In this document: positions 37,743 to 50,651 of the stretch, piece by piece
How the letters are laid out: each line of letters begins with the position of its first letter
Numbering within the stretch: position 1 is the stretch's first letter
Origin: Octopus sinensis
Lineage: Eukaryota
NCBI RefSeq assembly: GCF_006345805.1
Contig: NC_043019.1
Span: forward strand, 11,159,360 to 11,223,359
DNA: 64,000 bases
Reading direction: 5' to 3'
Translations under genes and position numbers: made by a program
Notes under the pieces: generated by a model
Databases searched by the model: none
The model's input: the letters and a program-made list of their open reading frames with translations, nothing else
What the model was told of the DNA's origin: nothing

Positions 37743-37745
<3 letters not shown>
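37555..37745 (+). mobile_element. Penelope-like pseudo-LTR remnant with hammerhead-like motif (37616-37652)
   Basis: cttt-CTGGTAGA-a-gagc gtag gctc-GAA-atgt-A-aaag; ends at (TA)n. Confidence 0.55.
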
Positions 37746-37775
<30 letters not shown>

Positions 37776-37778
<3 letters not shown>

Positions 37779-38008
37779 GGTTGACCAAAACTTACTTGAC
37801 AGTAAATCAAAACCATTTAATTCCAAGATTTATTTATGTTCAACAACTGAATGAATTTAATAAAAGCATCTAAATATGAAACATCATTAAAATCGTTCAA
37901 ACTGAAGTCTTTCTTGAGTGACACATTTTTCCATTGCAGTCGATACAGAATTACAGATTGTATTTATGGAATTTTGATTTACTGTTGGGTGGCTTCTGGC
38001 CAACCCTG
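37776..38008. mobile_element. Tc1/mariner-type MITE in (TA)n
   Basis: TIRs cagggttgaccaaaac...cagtaaatcaaaa / ttttgatttactg...tggccaaccctg with TA flanks. Confidence 0.72.
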
Positions 38009-38010
38009 TG

Positions 38011-38045
<35 letters not shown>

Positions 38046-38309
38046 ATTTTTGTTTTTGTACCCACCACCACTATTTGATAACTGGTGCTGGTGTGTTTAC
38101 ATCCCTGTAACTTAGTGGTTCAACAAAAAAGACTATTAGAGTAAGTGCCAGGCTTAACAAAAAATAAGTACTGGGATTGATTCCTTTGACTAAAAATTCT
38201 TCATGGTAGTGCCCCAGCATGGCCCCAGTCTAATGAGTGAAACAAAAGGTGAAAGAAGATAGAAGTGTATGTGCATGTGTATGTTTTCATTTTCATTGTG
38301 GAATGTATG

Positions 38310-38560
38310 AGATAATTAAAAGAAATTCCAGGCTTGGCAGCAAAATCTAGAATCAAAGGGCTTTAAAGTAAGCAAAGCCCATGCTTTCAGGAAGCAGAAG
38401 GACTGACAGGACTCTATCCACTTGAGGTAAATGGCCCTCCTCAATTTATAGGAAGAGTATAGGCAGAAGTTGCTTGTGGTGTTCCTGGTGCAGTCTGTGG
38501 ACAGGCAATAGGGGCAATGGTGTCTGGAGAAAGCTAATGAACACAAAGGATGCATGGGAA
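38310..38560 (+). mobile_element. Degraded RTE LINE internal fragment
   Basis: WQQNLESKG.KV followed by a decayed Cys-rich (GKWP..., THKGC) segment. Confidence 0.55.
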
Positions 38561-41398
38561 ATAGATTTTCTCAAATACTCTGAAGGGAGTAGACACTTTC
38601 TCTTAACCTAGGTGACCTAATTAGCAGAGGAGGAGGATGTTCTGAAAGTTTAGTTGCCAGAATAGGCACAGGCATGGCTGTGTTGTAAGAAGCTTGCTTC
38701 CCAACCACATGGTACCATCTTCAGTCCCACTGCGTGGCACCTTGGGCAAGTGTCTTCTACTACAACCTTGGACCAACCAAAGCCTTGTGAGTGGATTTGG
38801 TTGACAGAAACTGAAAGAAGCTTGTTGTGTGTGTGTGTGTGTATATATATATATACACGTGCATGTGTGTTTTGTATGTATCTGTGTGTGTCTTTCTGTG
38901 TTTTTCCTTGCACCACTGCTATATGTACGACGGGCTTCCTACAGTTTCCGTCTACCGAATCCACTCACAAGGCTTTAGTCGACCCGAGGCTATAGTAGAA
39001 GACACTTGCCCAAGGTGCCACGCAGTGGGACTGAACCCGGAACCATGTGGTTGGTAAGCAAGCTACTTACCACACAGCCACTCCTGCGCCTATTTGACTA
39101 AAAATTCTTCAAGATGGTGCCCCAGCATGGCCGTAGCCTAACGACTGAAACAAATTAAAGACACAAGATGTCTATGTATGCATATATATATATACACTAC
39201 TACCTGTTTAACTTCTAATAAGGATGCAGTCTTTTTACATCACCATATCTCTCTATTCCAATCTTCTCATTCTCTTCTCTCTTGCTCTCTACTCCTCTTT
39301 GCTTCTCTCTCTCTTTCTCTCTCCCATTATGGATGCTTCATCGCCTCTTACTCTCCCTCTATGTTATCACTCTCTGTCTCCCTCCCTTTGATGCATGTCT
39401 CAAGTCAGCACTCGCTTTCTCTCTCCCTCTCTGTCTATACATTGTTCATCATCCTTTGGTTTCCCCCTCCTTCATTTCTTTACTGTGAATGCATGTGTAT
39501 ATATATATATATATATATATACATACATACACACGCATAGAAAAACTTCCACTCTCTCTCTCTCTCTCTTTGCTCCCCCTCTCTTCACACCCTTTCACTC
39601 TCCCATCACATCCATCACTCTCATTGCTCTCTTTCTCTCATTACTCTCCCTCTCATTACTCTCCATCTCATTACTCTCTCTCTTATTACTCTCTCTCATT
39701 TCTCTTTCACATTACTCTCTTTCTCTCTCTCTCTCTCCCTCCCTCTCTCTCATTGCCCCTTTCTTTCAGTTTCTGTCACATTGTGACACTTTGACCTCGT
39801 TATAATGTGTGTGGGGTCACTGTTAGCAAGATCTCTTTCTCATTCCAGCTCAGTCAGTGTCTGACACACACACACACACATATGCGTGTGTGTGCGCGTG
39901 CACTGATATCCGCATGTATATGCACACCCCACCACCATTCAATGCCATCCACTCACTCTCATCCTCATCCTGCAAGTGGTGGTGGTGTTGGTGGTGACTA
40001 CCCCTGTCTACTCATCTCTCAGGACACCCTGATTCTACCCTATTACCCAAATACACAGACATCCCTCCTTGGTCATTTTCTCTGCCCCTCGATTTCTCTC
40101 TCTCTTTCTCTCTCTACTTCAGTCTCACTTTCTCTCTCTCTCTCTGTCTCTTTCTGTCTGTCTGTCTCTGTCTCTCTCTCTCATGCTTGCATCTTGTCTT
40201 TTACTGGTTTCGGTCATTAAACTATGGCCATGCTGGGGCACTAAGATGAAGGGTTTTAGCCAAATGAATTGACCCAAAATTCTTATCCTTTTTGAAGTCT
40301 GATTGCTTACGCTTTACTTCTTTCAGTTATTTGACTGTGGCCATGCCGGAGCAAATCGACCCTAGGACTTATTCTTTGTAAGCCTAGTACTTATTCTATC
40401 GCTCTCTTTTGCCGAACCACTAAGTTATGGAGATGTAAACACACCAACATCGGTTGTCAAGCGATGTTGGGGGGACAAAAACAGACACACAAATACACAC
40501 ACACACACCACACACACATATGTATATATATATACATATATATGACAGGCTTTTTTCAGTTTCCGTCTACCAAATCCACTCAAGGCTTTGGTTGGCCCGA
40601 GGCTATAGTAGAAGACACTTGTCCAAGGTGCTACACAGTGGGACTGAACCCGGAACCATGAGGTTTGGTAGCAGGCTACTTACCACACAGCCACTCCTAT
40701 GCCTTATTCTGTTTTCTTTTGTGATGGGAGACAAAACAGAAAGCCAGAGGCACACACACACACACTCACACATACAAATATATATATATATATATATATC
40801 TATAGTTATAGTAGAAGACACTTGCCCAACGTACCATGCAGTGGGACTGAACCCAGAACAATGTTGTTGGGAAGCAAGTTTCTTACAACACGGCCACACC
40901 TGCACACACACACACACACACTACACACACACACATATACTCACCCCAGGGGTATTGTCAACATGACTGACTGGAATTGAATTAAATCGTTGATGTAACA
41001 TCGTTGTGGTGGTGGTCATTTCAACCCTGGGTCATCCCTAGCCCCCACTATCAAAGCTGGCCTAATGATCAAAGACATTTCAGCTAAGATATGGCCCATA
41101 TATCTGGGACTATTTTTATTTTTTTTTATTTTTTCAATTTAAAAATTCCTGAGAGAGATTTCATTGCTATTTCTAGCATGTCAAACCTCTGCATAGATGC
41201 ACCTATGCATTATACTCTACTTTTATGTTGTTGTTTTAATTTGATATCTTGAGAAAGATTTCATTGCTATTTCTAGCATGTGAGCCTCTCTGCATAGGTG
41301 CACCCTCCTTGTCTGGTGGCAGTGAATGGTGGTGGTTGTGGTGGTGGTGGTGGTGGTGGTGGCAGCGGTGAGTGGTGAGTCATACTTTAAACACTGAC

Positions 41399-41508
41399 CT
41401 GACCAGCTTAGTCATCCTTTCTTCCAAACAACAGTATAGGGATCTGTTTGTGGAGAAGGGGCCGGCTTGTTTGTGTTGGGATTCTTTCACAGGGAACTGG
41501 CTGACTTG
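41399..41508 (-). CDS. Candidate coding exon of an unidentified gene
   Basis: ctctctttcacatacaaccag acceptor, AG|gtcagt donor, 110 nt, phase 0-2: QVSQFPVKESQHKQAGPFSTNRSLYCCLEERMTKLV. Confidence 0.5.
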
Positions 41509-42600
41509 CTGGTTGTATGTGAAAGAGAGAGAGTGAGCGAGTGAGTAAGAGAGAGAGTGAGCGAGTGAGTAAGAGAGAGAGGGGGAGATGTCTCCATAGG
41601 GTGGTGGTGGTGGTGAAGCTGTTGTGTAGGTTATACTAGTATTAATATTGATGATGCTGATGTTGTTGTTTGGGCCCCCTTCTCCCCCACCGAGCTCAAC
41701 CATTTTCAAGCAAACCTAAGATCAAAGGCTTTCCAGCTGTGACCACCCTGTTTTTTTTTTTCTTTTTATTATGTACACAGGACACACGACCATGTAATCT
41801 CTGATGTCTTTATTTAAGGGAGTTGAGGGTGTGATTTGAGTTAAATTTGGTTGCTATTTCTAGCTTAAGTATATATAAGGTGCAGGCATGGCTGTATGGT
41901 AAGAAGCTTGCTTCCCAACCACTTGGTTCCAGGTTCAGTCCCACTGCATAGTACCTTGGGCAAGTCTCAGGCTGACTAAAGCCTTTTGAGTACATTTAGT
42001 GGATGGAAACTGAGAGAAGCCTGTTGTGTGTATGTGCGTGGTGTCGGCAGGTTTATGTCCCTATAACTTAGCAGTTTGGCAAAAGGGCACAATGGAATAA
42101 TATCAGGCTTTAAAAAAATAAATAAATACTGGGGTCAGTTCATCCAACTAAAAATTATTTAGGGCAGTGCTCCAGTATGGCTGTAGTCTAATGACTGAAA
42201 ACAAAGTAAAAGTAAAGCATTCCAACCATGACTATCCTGTCTTTTTCCTGTGTACAAGGACCTTGGGACCACATTATCTTATGTGTCCTGTTTGAAAAAG
42301 GCAAAGTGTAATTCAGATGTTTAGCTGCTATTTCTAGCAGGTCGAGTGACCATGAAGAGGCTAATAGCAATTTGATGGCTGTTGTAGTGGTTATAGTAAT
42401 ATTAGTGTAGATGATCTTGTTTAACCCTAGGTCAGACTTGACTAGCAACCCTGAGATCAAAGAAGGCACCACAGTTATAACCATGACCATCCTGTGTTTT
42501 TCCTCTGTACAAGGATCTTGGGACCTCACTATCCAGTGTGTCCTGTTCAGACTGCAGGATCAACCCCAGGAGCACTAAGCTGGTTGTGGTGGTGTGATTG

Positions 42601-43080
42601 GAGTTAGATTTAGCTGCTATTTCTACCAAGTCAACCCCCCAAAGCACTGTAGATGGCTTGGGAGAGGGTGAATTTGAGGTAGATTTAGCTGCTATTTCTA
42701 CCAGGTCAAACCCTCAAAGCACTGTAAAGGGGTTGGGAGAGGGGGAATTTGAGGTAGATTTAGCTGCTATTTCTACCAGGTCAAACCCCCAAAGCACTGT
42801 AAAGGGGTTGGGAGAGGGGGAATTTGAGGTAGATTTAGCTGCTATTTCTACCAGGTCAAACCCCCAAAGCACTGTAAAGGGGTTGGGAGAGGGGGAATTT
42901 GAGGTAGATTTACCTGCTATTTCTACCAGGTCAAACCCTCAAAGCACTGTAAAGGGGTTATGAGAGGGTGAATTTGAGGTAGACTTAGCTGCTATTTCTA
43001 CCAGGTCAAACCCTCAAAGCACTGTAAAGGGGTTAGGAGAGGGTGAATTTGAGGTAGATTTAGCTGCTATTTCTAGCAGG
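42601..43080. repeat. 75-bp tandem repeat (5 full and 2 partial units)
   Basis: Unit ggagagggggaatttgaggtagatttagctgctatttctaccaggtcaaacccccaaagcactgtaaaggggttg. Confidence 0.95.
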
Positions 43081-43808
43081 TTCAGTGACAATATAAAGGT
43101 TTGATGTTGTTTGACCTTAGGACAGTCCTATGCTCAAGACCTATGTTCCAATCATAACCCCTCAATTTTTCCCTGTATTTAGGATTCCAGAACAAGATTA
43201 TCCAATAATGTTCTTTTGTATGAGGGTGTTTTGGCTGCTATTTCTGCCAGGCTGAGCAACCACTAAGAAGCCCCTACTGATGGTGTAAATAGACAGCAGA
43301 GTGCTGCTGTTGTTTTTACTGTTATAGTTGTTATTTAGCCCCAGGTCAGAGGGGATTAAGCAAATTTACATGATCAAAGGCATTCCAACAGTGACCATCC
43401 CCTGCCTCATCACATCTCTTTCACTTGTTTCAGTCGTATGACTGTGACCATACTGGAGCACTGCCTTAAAAGGTTATTAGTCGAAGAAATTGACCCCAGG
43501 ACTTATTGTTTGTAAGCATTGTAGAAAATGAAAGAGCATATATTCTAGATTAAAAAAGAACTTTCTTTATCTTAATTTTGAAAAATAAAAGAAGTATAAA
43601 AAAAAACTACATTATTTATGGGATGACCCTATATAGATCTTGTAATTTTGGGGGATGGTCATTTTTATTTATTTTTTTTTTTTTGCCAATAATCACATGC
43701 ACTATAACAAAAAAAAACCATCCCAAAATAATGATTTTCAACACAATTTCACATCAGAATTCTTGCAAAACAAATTCATAAACGTGTGTGTGGTGTGTAT
43801 ATATATAT

Positions 43809-43841
<33 letters not shown>

Positions 43842-44036
43842 CATCAATCAATATAAGGGTAGCAAAAAATTAAAGAAAAATTTTTCGACACCAGCGGTCT
43901 AGTGAGAAAGAAAAATAGTCACAGACTATATATATATAATTTCAACAATATTAAGGAATGGCCTTGATAGGCCATTCGACCCACTAGAAAGAGCAGCCAA
44001 ACTCAAACTGCTAAATAGTTGTAATATTGTTGAAAT

Positions 44037-44069
<33 letters not shown>

Positions 44070-44894
44070 CACGGAGTGGTTGGTGTTAGGAAGGGCATCC
44101 AGCCGTAGAAACACTGCCAGATCAGGCTGGGCCTGGTGCAGGCTCTTGGCTTCCCAGACCCCAGTTGAACTGTCCAACCCATGCTAGCATGGAAAGCGGA
44201 AGCTAAACGATGATGATGACACACACATATATACACATATATATTTCTGGCTAGGTAATTATGTACCTCCTGTACAGTAAGGTACCTGTTTCTGTCTCTC
44301 TGTCTCTCTCACTCTAACCATTTTTCATCTGACACAAGATCCCCTCCTCCAATGCTCCCATTTCTCTCAGATTCCCTGTCTTCCAAAGTTACTCGGTGAC
44401 CCTGCCAGTGCTGGTGTCACTTAAAAAGCATACAGTCCATACTGTAAAGTGGTTGGCATTTGGAAGGGCATCCAGCTGTAAAAACAATGCCACATGTTCT
44501 GTGCCACGTAAAAAACACTCTGCCTATTCTGCGGAGGGGAGGGGGGGTTGGTGTTAAGAAGGGCATCCAGCCATAAAAAACTGTGCCAAAACAGATACAG
44601 AAGTATGATGCAGGCTTCTGCCTAGCCAACTCCTGTCAAACTGTCCAACCCATGGAAGGAGGACATTAAACAATCTACCTACATATCTACCTACCTACCT
44701 ATCTCTCTACCTATCTATCTATCTATCTATCTATCTACATATCTATCTATCTATCTATCTACCTACCTATCAATCTACTTACCTATCTATCTACCTACCT
44801 ATCAATCTACCTACCTATCAATCTACCTACCTATCTATCTACGTACCTATCTATCTACCTACCTATCTATCTACCTACCTATCTATCTACCTAC

Positions 44895-45440
44895 AAAAAA
44901 AGATGGGTGAATGTAGCAAGGATGGCACGTATGAATGACGAAGCCACCTTGAGCATAATCCTATGAACCCAGAAATTGAAAACAGAGGGTTACCCACTTG
45001 CAAACAAATGTGGTAACATATAACAATATTGACCAAGGTTACCGTGGTCTTTTTCGTAGGCTTTTCTTCCCACGGATAAACCTTACTTGCTTTCCCCTTT
45101 ACACCATATATCATAACACTGTGATACACGATCCCTATTGATCGTTCTTTTTTTTTTCCTCTTCCCCTTTTTTTTCCCGTTTTTCTTTCTTTTTTCATTT
45201 CTCTTTCCTTTTGTTCCTTTTCCTTCCTTTTTTTTTCTTTTTATTCTTTTTATTTTATTCAATTTTTTCTTTTTTTGTTTTTGTTCTTTTCTTCCCTTTT
45301 ACGATCCCTCTTGATCGAAAACCTACGCCACCCCCTTTTTTTCTCTTTTTTTTTTTTTGTTCTCTTCATCCCCCAAAAGAAAAGCTCTACCTTGTAACTT
45401 GTCCCATCTGTGTGCAGCCCTGTGTGGCCAATAAAGAAAC
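44895..45440 (+). mobile_element. Tx1/L1-type LINE 3' end (last codons and 3'UTR) inside (TATC/TACC)n
   Basis: Matches 6676-7155 ([23 protein letters not shown], ...gccctgtgtggccaataaagaaac). Confidence 0.88.
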
Positions 45441-45675
45441 TTATCTACCTACCTATCTAGAATGTCATTTCAAAAATAAACAACCACATCATTGAAATCT
45501 TGTAGCTACAAGATAATGCAATGATTAATTTAAAACAATGTGAATGAATTAAGCATTACATTTTAATAGAGTAATCTGAATGCTTAAGGGCTAAATGGGA
45601 ACAAGTTCTTTGTAGCATCAGCAGAATGGTGTAGATCTAATTTTGTAGCTTTAAACATATGACTTATGTGGAGGT

Positions 45676-45900
45676 ACATGGCTTAGTGGTTAGGGCGTTG
45701 GACTCCTAAATCGTAAGATTGTGGTCTCGATTCCTGGACTGGGCAATGCATTGTGTTCTTGAGCAAGACGCTTCATGTTGCTCCAGTCCACTCAGCTGGC
45801 AAAAGTGAGTAGTCCTGCTATGGACCGGTGTCCTGTTCAGGTGGGTAACACATATGCCATGGAAGCCAGGAATCCAGCCCTTGTGAGTCAGTATGACTCA
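45676..45900 (+). mobile_element. tRNA-derived SINE family C
   Basis: catggcttagtggttagggcgttggac head, gtgttcttgagcaagac...ccagtccactcagctgg core; other copies at about 18040-18210(-), 54860-54990(-), 58155-58489(-), 60130-60305(-). Confidence 0.75.
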
Positions 45901-45961
45901 AAAAGGGAATTTTATCTTTTTACCTTTATGTGAATTACTGAAAGGAAGAGCCTGAGTATTA

Positions 45962-46183
45962 TTAACCCTGTTGTATTTAAACCTGTCAGATCCGACCCAA
46001 ATATGTTTTATGTTCAAACTGGCCAGATCCAGCCTCTCACACCTACCCTATGATGTCATTCTAAAAGTAAACAATCACATCATCGAAATCTCAAAGCTAT
46101 GAGATAATGTAAGATTAATTCAAAATAATGTGAATAAAAAAAGTATTTCATTTGACAGAGTAATCTGAATCGTAAGGGGTTGA
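45962..46183 (+). mobile_element. piggyBac-type MITE, family P1
   Basis: Starts TTAA-CCCT and ends AGGGG-TTGA; partial copies at about 12960, 18220, 45460, 50390, 62620 and 63500. Confidence 0.55.
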
Positions 46184-46639
46184 TTATAAGAATATAGGTT
46201 TTTTTTTAACATCCTATATATATATATATATATACACACATATATATCTCTCTCTCTTTCGGAGAGGCACTGAGCAGCTATACGCACACATACACACATG
46301 GCAGTAACTTCCACCTTCCGAATTCAATCACAAAGCTCTGGTCGGCTCGGGGCTATAGTGGAAGACACCTACCCAAAGTGCCACGCAGTGGGACTGAACC
46401 CGAAACCATGTAGCTAGGAAGCAAGCTCCCTAACCACACAGCCATGTATATTAAATGCATATATCATCATCATTTAACGTCTGCTTTCCATGCTAGCATT
46501 GGTTGGACGGTTCAACTGGGGTCTGGGAAGCCAGAAGGCTGCACCAGGCCCCGTCTGATCTGGCAGAGTTTCTATGGCTGGATGCCCTTCCTAACGCCAG
46601 AATTATATATTATATAATGTATATTATATATTATCATCA

Positions 46640-47435
46640 TCATCATCATCATCATCATTAACGTCCGCTTTCCATGCTAGCATGGGTTGGACGGTTCAAC
46701 TGGTGTCTGGGGAGCCCGAAGGCTGCACCAGGCCAGTCAGATCTGGCAGTGTTTCTACAGCTGGATGCCCTTCCTAACGCCAACCACTCCGAGAGTGTAG
46801 TGGGTGATTTTATGTGCCACCGACACAGGTGCCAGACGAGGCTGGCGAACGGCCACGCTCGGATGGTGTTTTTATGTGCCACCGACACAGGTGCCAGACA
46901 AGGCTGGCAGACGACCACGCTCGGATGGTGTTTTTTTTTATGTGCCACCGACACAGGTGCCAGACGAGGCTGGCGAACGACCACGCTCGGATGGTGTTTT
47001 TATGTGCCACCGACACAGGTGCCAGTGCCACCGACACAGGTGCCAGACAAGGCTGGCAGACGACCACGCTCGGATGGTGTTTTTTTTTATGTGCCACCGA
47101 CACAGGTGCCAGACGAGGCTGGCGAACGACCACGCTCGATGGTGTTTTTATGTGCCACCGACACAGGTGCCAGTGCCACCGACAGGTGCCAGACAAGGCT
47201 GGCAGACGACCACGCTCGGATGGTGTTTTTTTTTATGTCCACCACGACACATGTGCCAGACGAGGCTGGCGAACGACCACGCTCGGGTGGTGTTTTTATG
47301 TGCCACCGACACAGGTGCCAGACAAGGCTGGCAGACGACCACGCTCGGATGGTGTTTTTTTTTATGTGCCAACCACCGACAGGTGCCACGAGGCTGGCGA
47401 ATGACCACGCTCGGATGGTGTTTTTATGTGCCACC
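46640..47435 (-). mobile_element. RTE 3'UTR derivative with an expanded about 62-bp internal tandem array (about 10 units)
   Basis: (CAT)n tail at left; repeated gtgccaccgacacaggtgccagac(g/a)aggctggc..accacgctcggatggtg. Confidence 0.88.
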
Positions 47436-48284
47436 GATATTAAAATTTAATATGCATACAGTTTATGTATATATATGTATGAGTGTGTTTGTATAACACA
47501 CACATGTACATATATGTATGTATGCCTTTAATGTTCTCTTATGCACCCAATCGCTTGAATGTAAGGTAATCTGTAATGTGCTTGTTAGGTGTAGGCAGGT
47601 GATGAAGAGACTTGCTTCACAGCCATGAAGCACCTCGTCCAATTCCACTGCATGGCATCTTGGGAAGGGAAGCAGGGAGCAAAGTCTTTTACCAACACCT
47701 CCACTATTTCCCCCATCTCCCCCAAGCTTTGTCTGTATGATCAGGTAGGTGGAAACTGAGAGGAAGCCCTTTGGATGACATGTAACCCCATCCTCCCCAC
47801 TAGTTTCAAAAGTTCGATTATATCACATGCTATGTAACACAGGCTGATTCATCTGAAGAATTACATTACGATCAGGGTGCATAACTACTACGGAATACTC
47901 AACCACCTGTGTATCAATTTGACAAGTAGGTAGTCCGGGTGATCAAATAACTAAATGTGCATTGTTGAAAATCGATTGCCAATCCATATTCTTCTTCATT
48001 TCAATATCTCGACACCTTTTTGAAAATATTTTTTTCAACCATTCTACATGCATGCACATACACGCACTTACATCAACTGTTTACAATGTATGCGAGGGTG
48101 TGTATATAATATACATGCATGTATGGATGTATATATATATGTTGAATTTTTGAGTGTGCATTCGATTATGCTTCAGTGCACTGCAAGTCACGTGCACCTC
48201 TTTGTAACATCACAGCTACTGTATGTGTTACCTCTGTATCAGCACGTGCATGCATTCGTGGCTATGTGTATCTGTGTATGTATG

Positions 48285-48315
<31 letters not shown>

Positions 48316-48894
48316 ATGTATGTGTGTATCCACTTGCATATATATGTATATGTATACATGCATACACACATACGCATAAATATATATTGTAATTAAATGC
48401 GGTGTGTATGTATATATATATATATATATGTATGTATATGTGTGTGTATATATGTGTGTGTGTGTGTGTGTTCACCTGTATATATATATATATATATATA
48501 TATAAATATGCATACATACCCATAAATATATGTTGTAATTAAATGTAGTGCGTGTGTAAATACATATATATATGCATACATATTCGTATACAAATATATA
48601 TTGTAATTAAATGTGCGTATATATATATATATATGCATTTATATTTAATATAAATACGTAGATGCTTATGTTTTTATGTGTGTAAATATATTTGCATATT
48701 GATGAATACATCTATCTATCTGTCTGTCTGTCTATTTATCTATCTGGATGTATGTGTGTCTATACAAAATGTGTACATGTAAGTTTTTCTATTCATACAG
48801 AAGTATGAATATATATATACATGTGTATGTATATGTGTCTATATATATATATATATCATCATTGTTTAAAGTCCGTTTTCCATGCTATCATAGG

Positions 48895-48935
<41 letters not shown>

Positions 48936-49339
48936 TATTGTGTTGGACTGGTGACCCTTTCTGGATGGTTATATGCTCTCTGTTGCTTACGTCACAGAAA
49001 CCAAGATAAGCTCCACCTAATGAGACAGATTTTAAAATATGTATATAGATATGTGTGTGTATGTATGTATCTGTGTGTATATATATATATATATATATAG
49101 ATATATATATATATATATGTGCATGCGTGTGTGTGTGTATATAATATATACAATGTATTTGACAGCCTCTGGATGCGTACGCATGTGTTAGAATACACCT
49201 ATAATGTATGCCTATGTATGAGAACATCTATATATGCTTGCCATTATACATGTGTGTGTGTATGTACAAATATGTATAACTTGAACTAACGCATATACTT
49301 GCGGACACACGTACACACACGAAATGATGTTTGCAGAAT

Positions 49340-49480
49340 ATTGTTAGATACATACGTATGCGTAAAATCGGCGGCTGGTCTTGTGACTTTTGCTACTCAG
49401 GCACACGTGACTCTTAGACTCGTCACTCGTGACTCTGACTCTCATCGCCATTATGTTTCTTCTTGATGCGTCCCCTACAC
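49340..49480. promoter_or_regulatory. CpG-rich island: candidate promoter and/or first exon of the - strand gene
   Basis: Local CpG enrichment, repeated gagtcacg/cacgtgac E-box-like motifs; on the - strand ATGGCG at 49451 reads 32 codons to a gtatgt donor at 49355. Confidence 0.4.
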
Positions 49481-49489
49481 AAACAATTG

Positions 49490-49975
49490 TGTACGGTCCT
49501 TCTGCCTCGTGACATGAACCCCTTGCAATTCTGTCCCACCTTGAAGCTGGTGCCCTGTTGAAGAAGGATAAAGAACGGCATCGGTCTCACTCGTTTTGGG
49601 GGCACATGGATCAGAATCGAAATCGATCAATGGAAATTGCAGATGTGTTACCAGTGCCGGTGGCATGTAAGAGAACCTTCCGTTTCGCGACCGTTGCCAG
49701 CGCCGCCCCGACTGGCCTCGTGCCGGTGGCACATAAAAAGCACCATCCGTTCGTGGCCGTTTGCCAGCTCTGTCTGGCACCTGTGCGGGTGGCACGTAAA
49801 AAGCACCCACTACACTCACGGAATGGTTAGCGTTAGGAAGGGCATCCAGCCGTAGAAACACTGCCAGATTTGACTGGGCCTGATGAAGCCTTCTGGCTTC
49901 ACAGACCCCAGTAGAACCATCCAACCCATGCCAGCATGGAAAACGGACGCTAAACGATGATGATGATGATGATGG
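49490..49975 (+). mobile_element. RTE 3'UTR-derived repeat with (GAT)n tail
   Basis: Colinear with 53280-54000. Confidence 0.8.
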
Positions 49976-50651
49976 AACACACCGCATCTTTCTCTCGATT
50001 AGTGATGCATGTGTGCGTATGACTATTGGCCAGACTATTGCATGTTGCAATACGCTGCTGGTTTCAATGATGCACTTCCTAGCATTGTTGTATCTTTCAA
50101 GTGATGCCATCCCACAAGCTAGGCAGGCAGGTCAACATTCCTTTGAACTTAGCAGTTCGGCAAAAGAGACTGATAGAATAAGTACTAGGCTTGCAAAGAA
50201 TAAGTCCTGGGATCGATTTGGTCGACTAAAGGCGGTGCTCCAGCATGGCTACAGTCAAATGACTGAAACAATTAAGAGTAAAAGAGTGCATTTTGCATCA
50301 AAAGCCAACTGGAGAGGTTCTCTCATGGCAACTACCAAAGTATAGTTTGTTCTAACAGAACATCATTGTCTGAGTAGGGACAAATATTACATCTTTAGCA
50401 TTCAGATTTTGCTGTCAAATGTAATGCTTATTTATTCACATTGTTTTGAATTAGTCATGCATTACGTTGTAGCTTCAAGATATTAGTGGTGTGATTATAT
50501 ATTTTGAGACTGACATTGGAAGGTAGATACGAGATCCTAGATCTGGAATGTTTGGACATGAAACTAGTAGGTAAAAAATCACCTCATGGCTGCGAGCCTG
50601 ATGCCCTAACCACTGAGCCATGCGCTTTTACTTGGGCCAGGTATGGCTGGT

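Noticed and set aside
45676-45750. tRNA gene
   Set aside because: A and B boxes are present but there is no closed cloverleaf; it runs into a SINE body found several times in the window.
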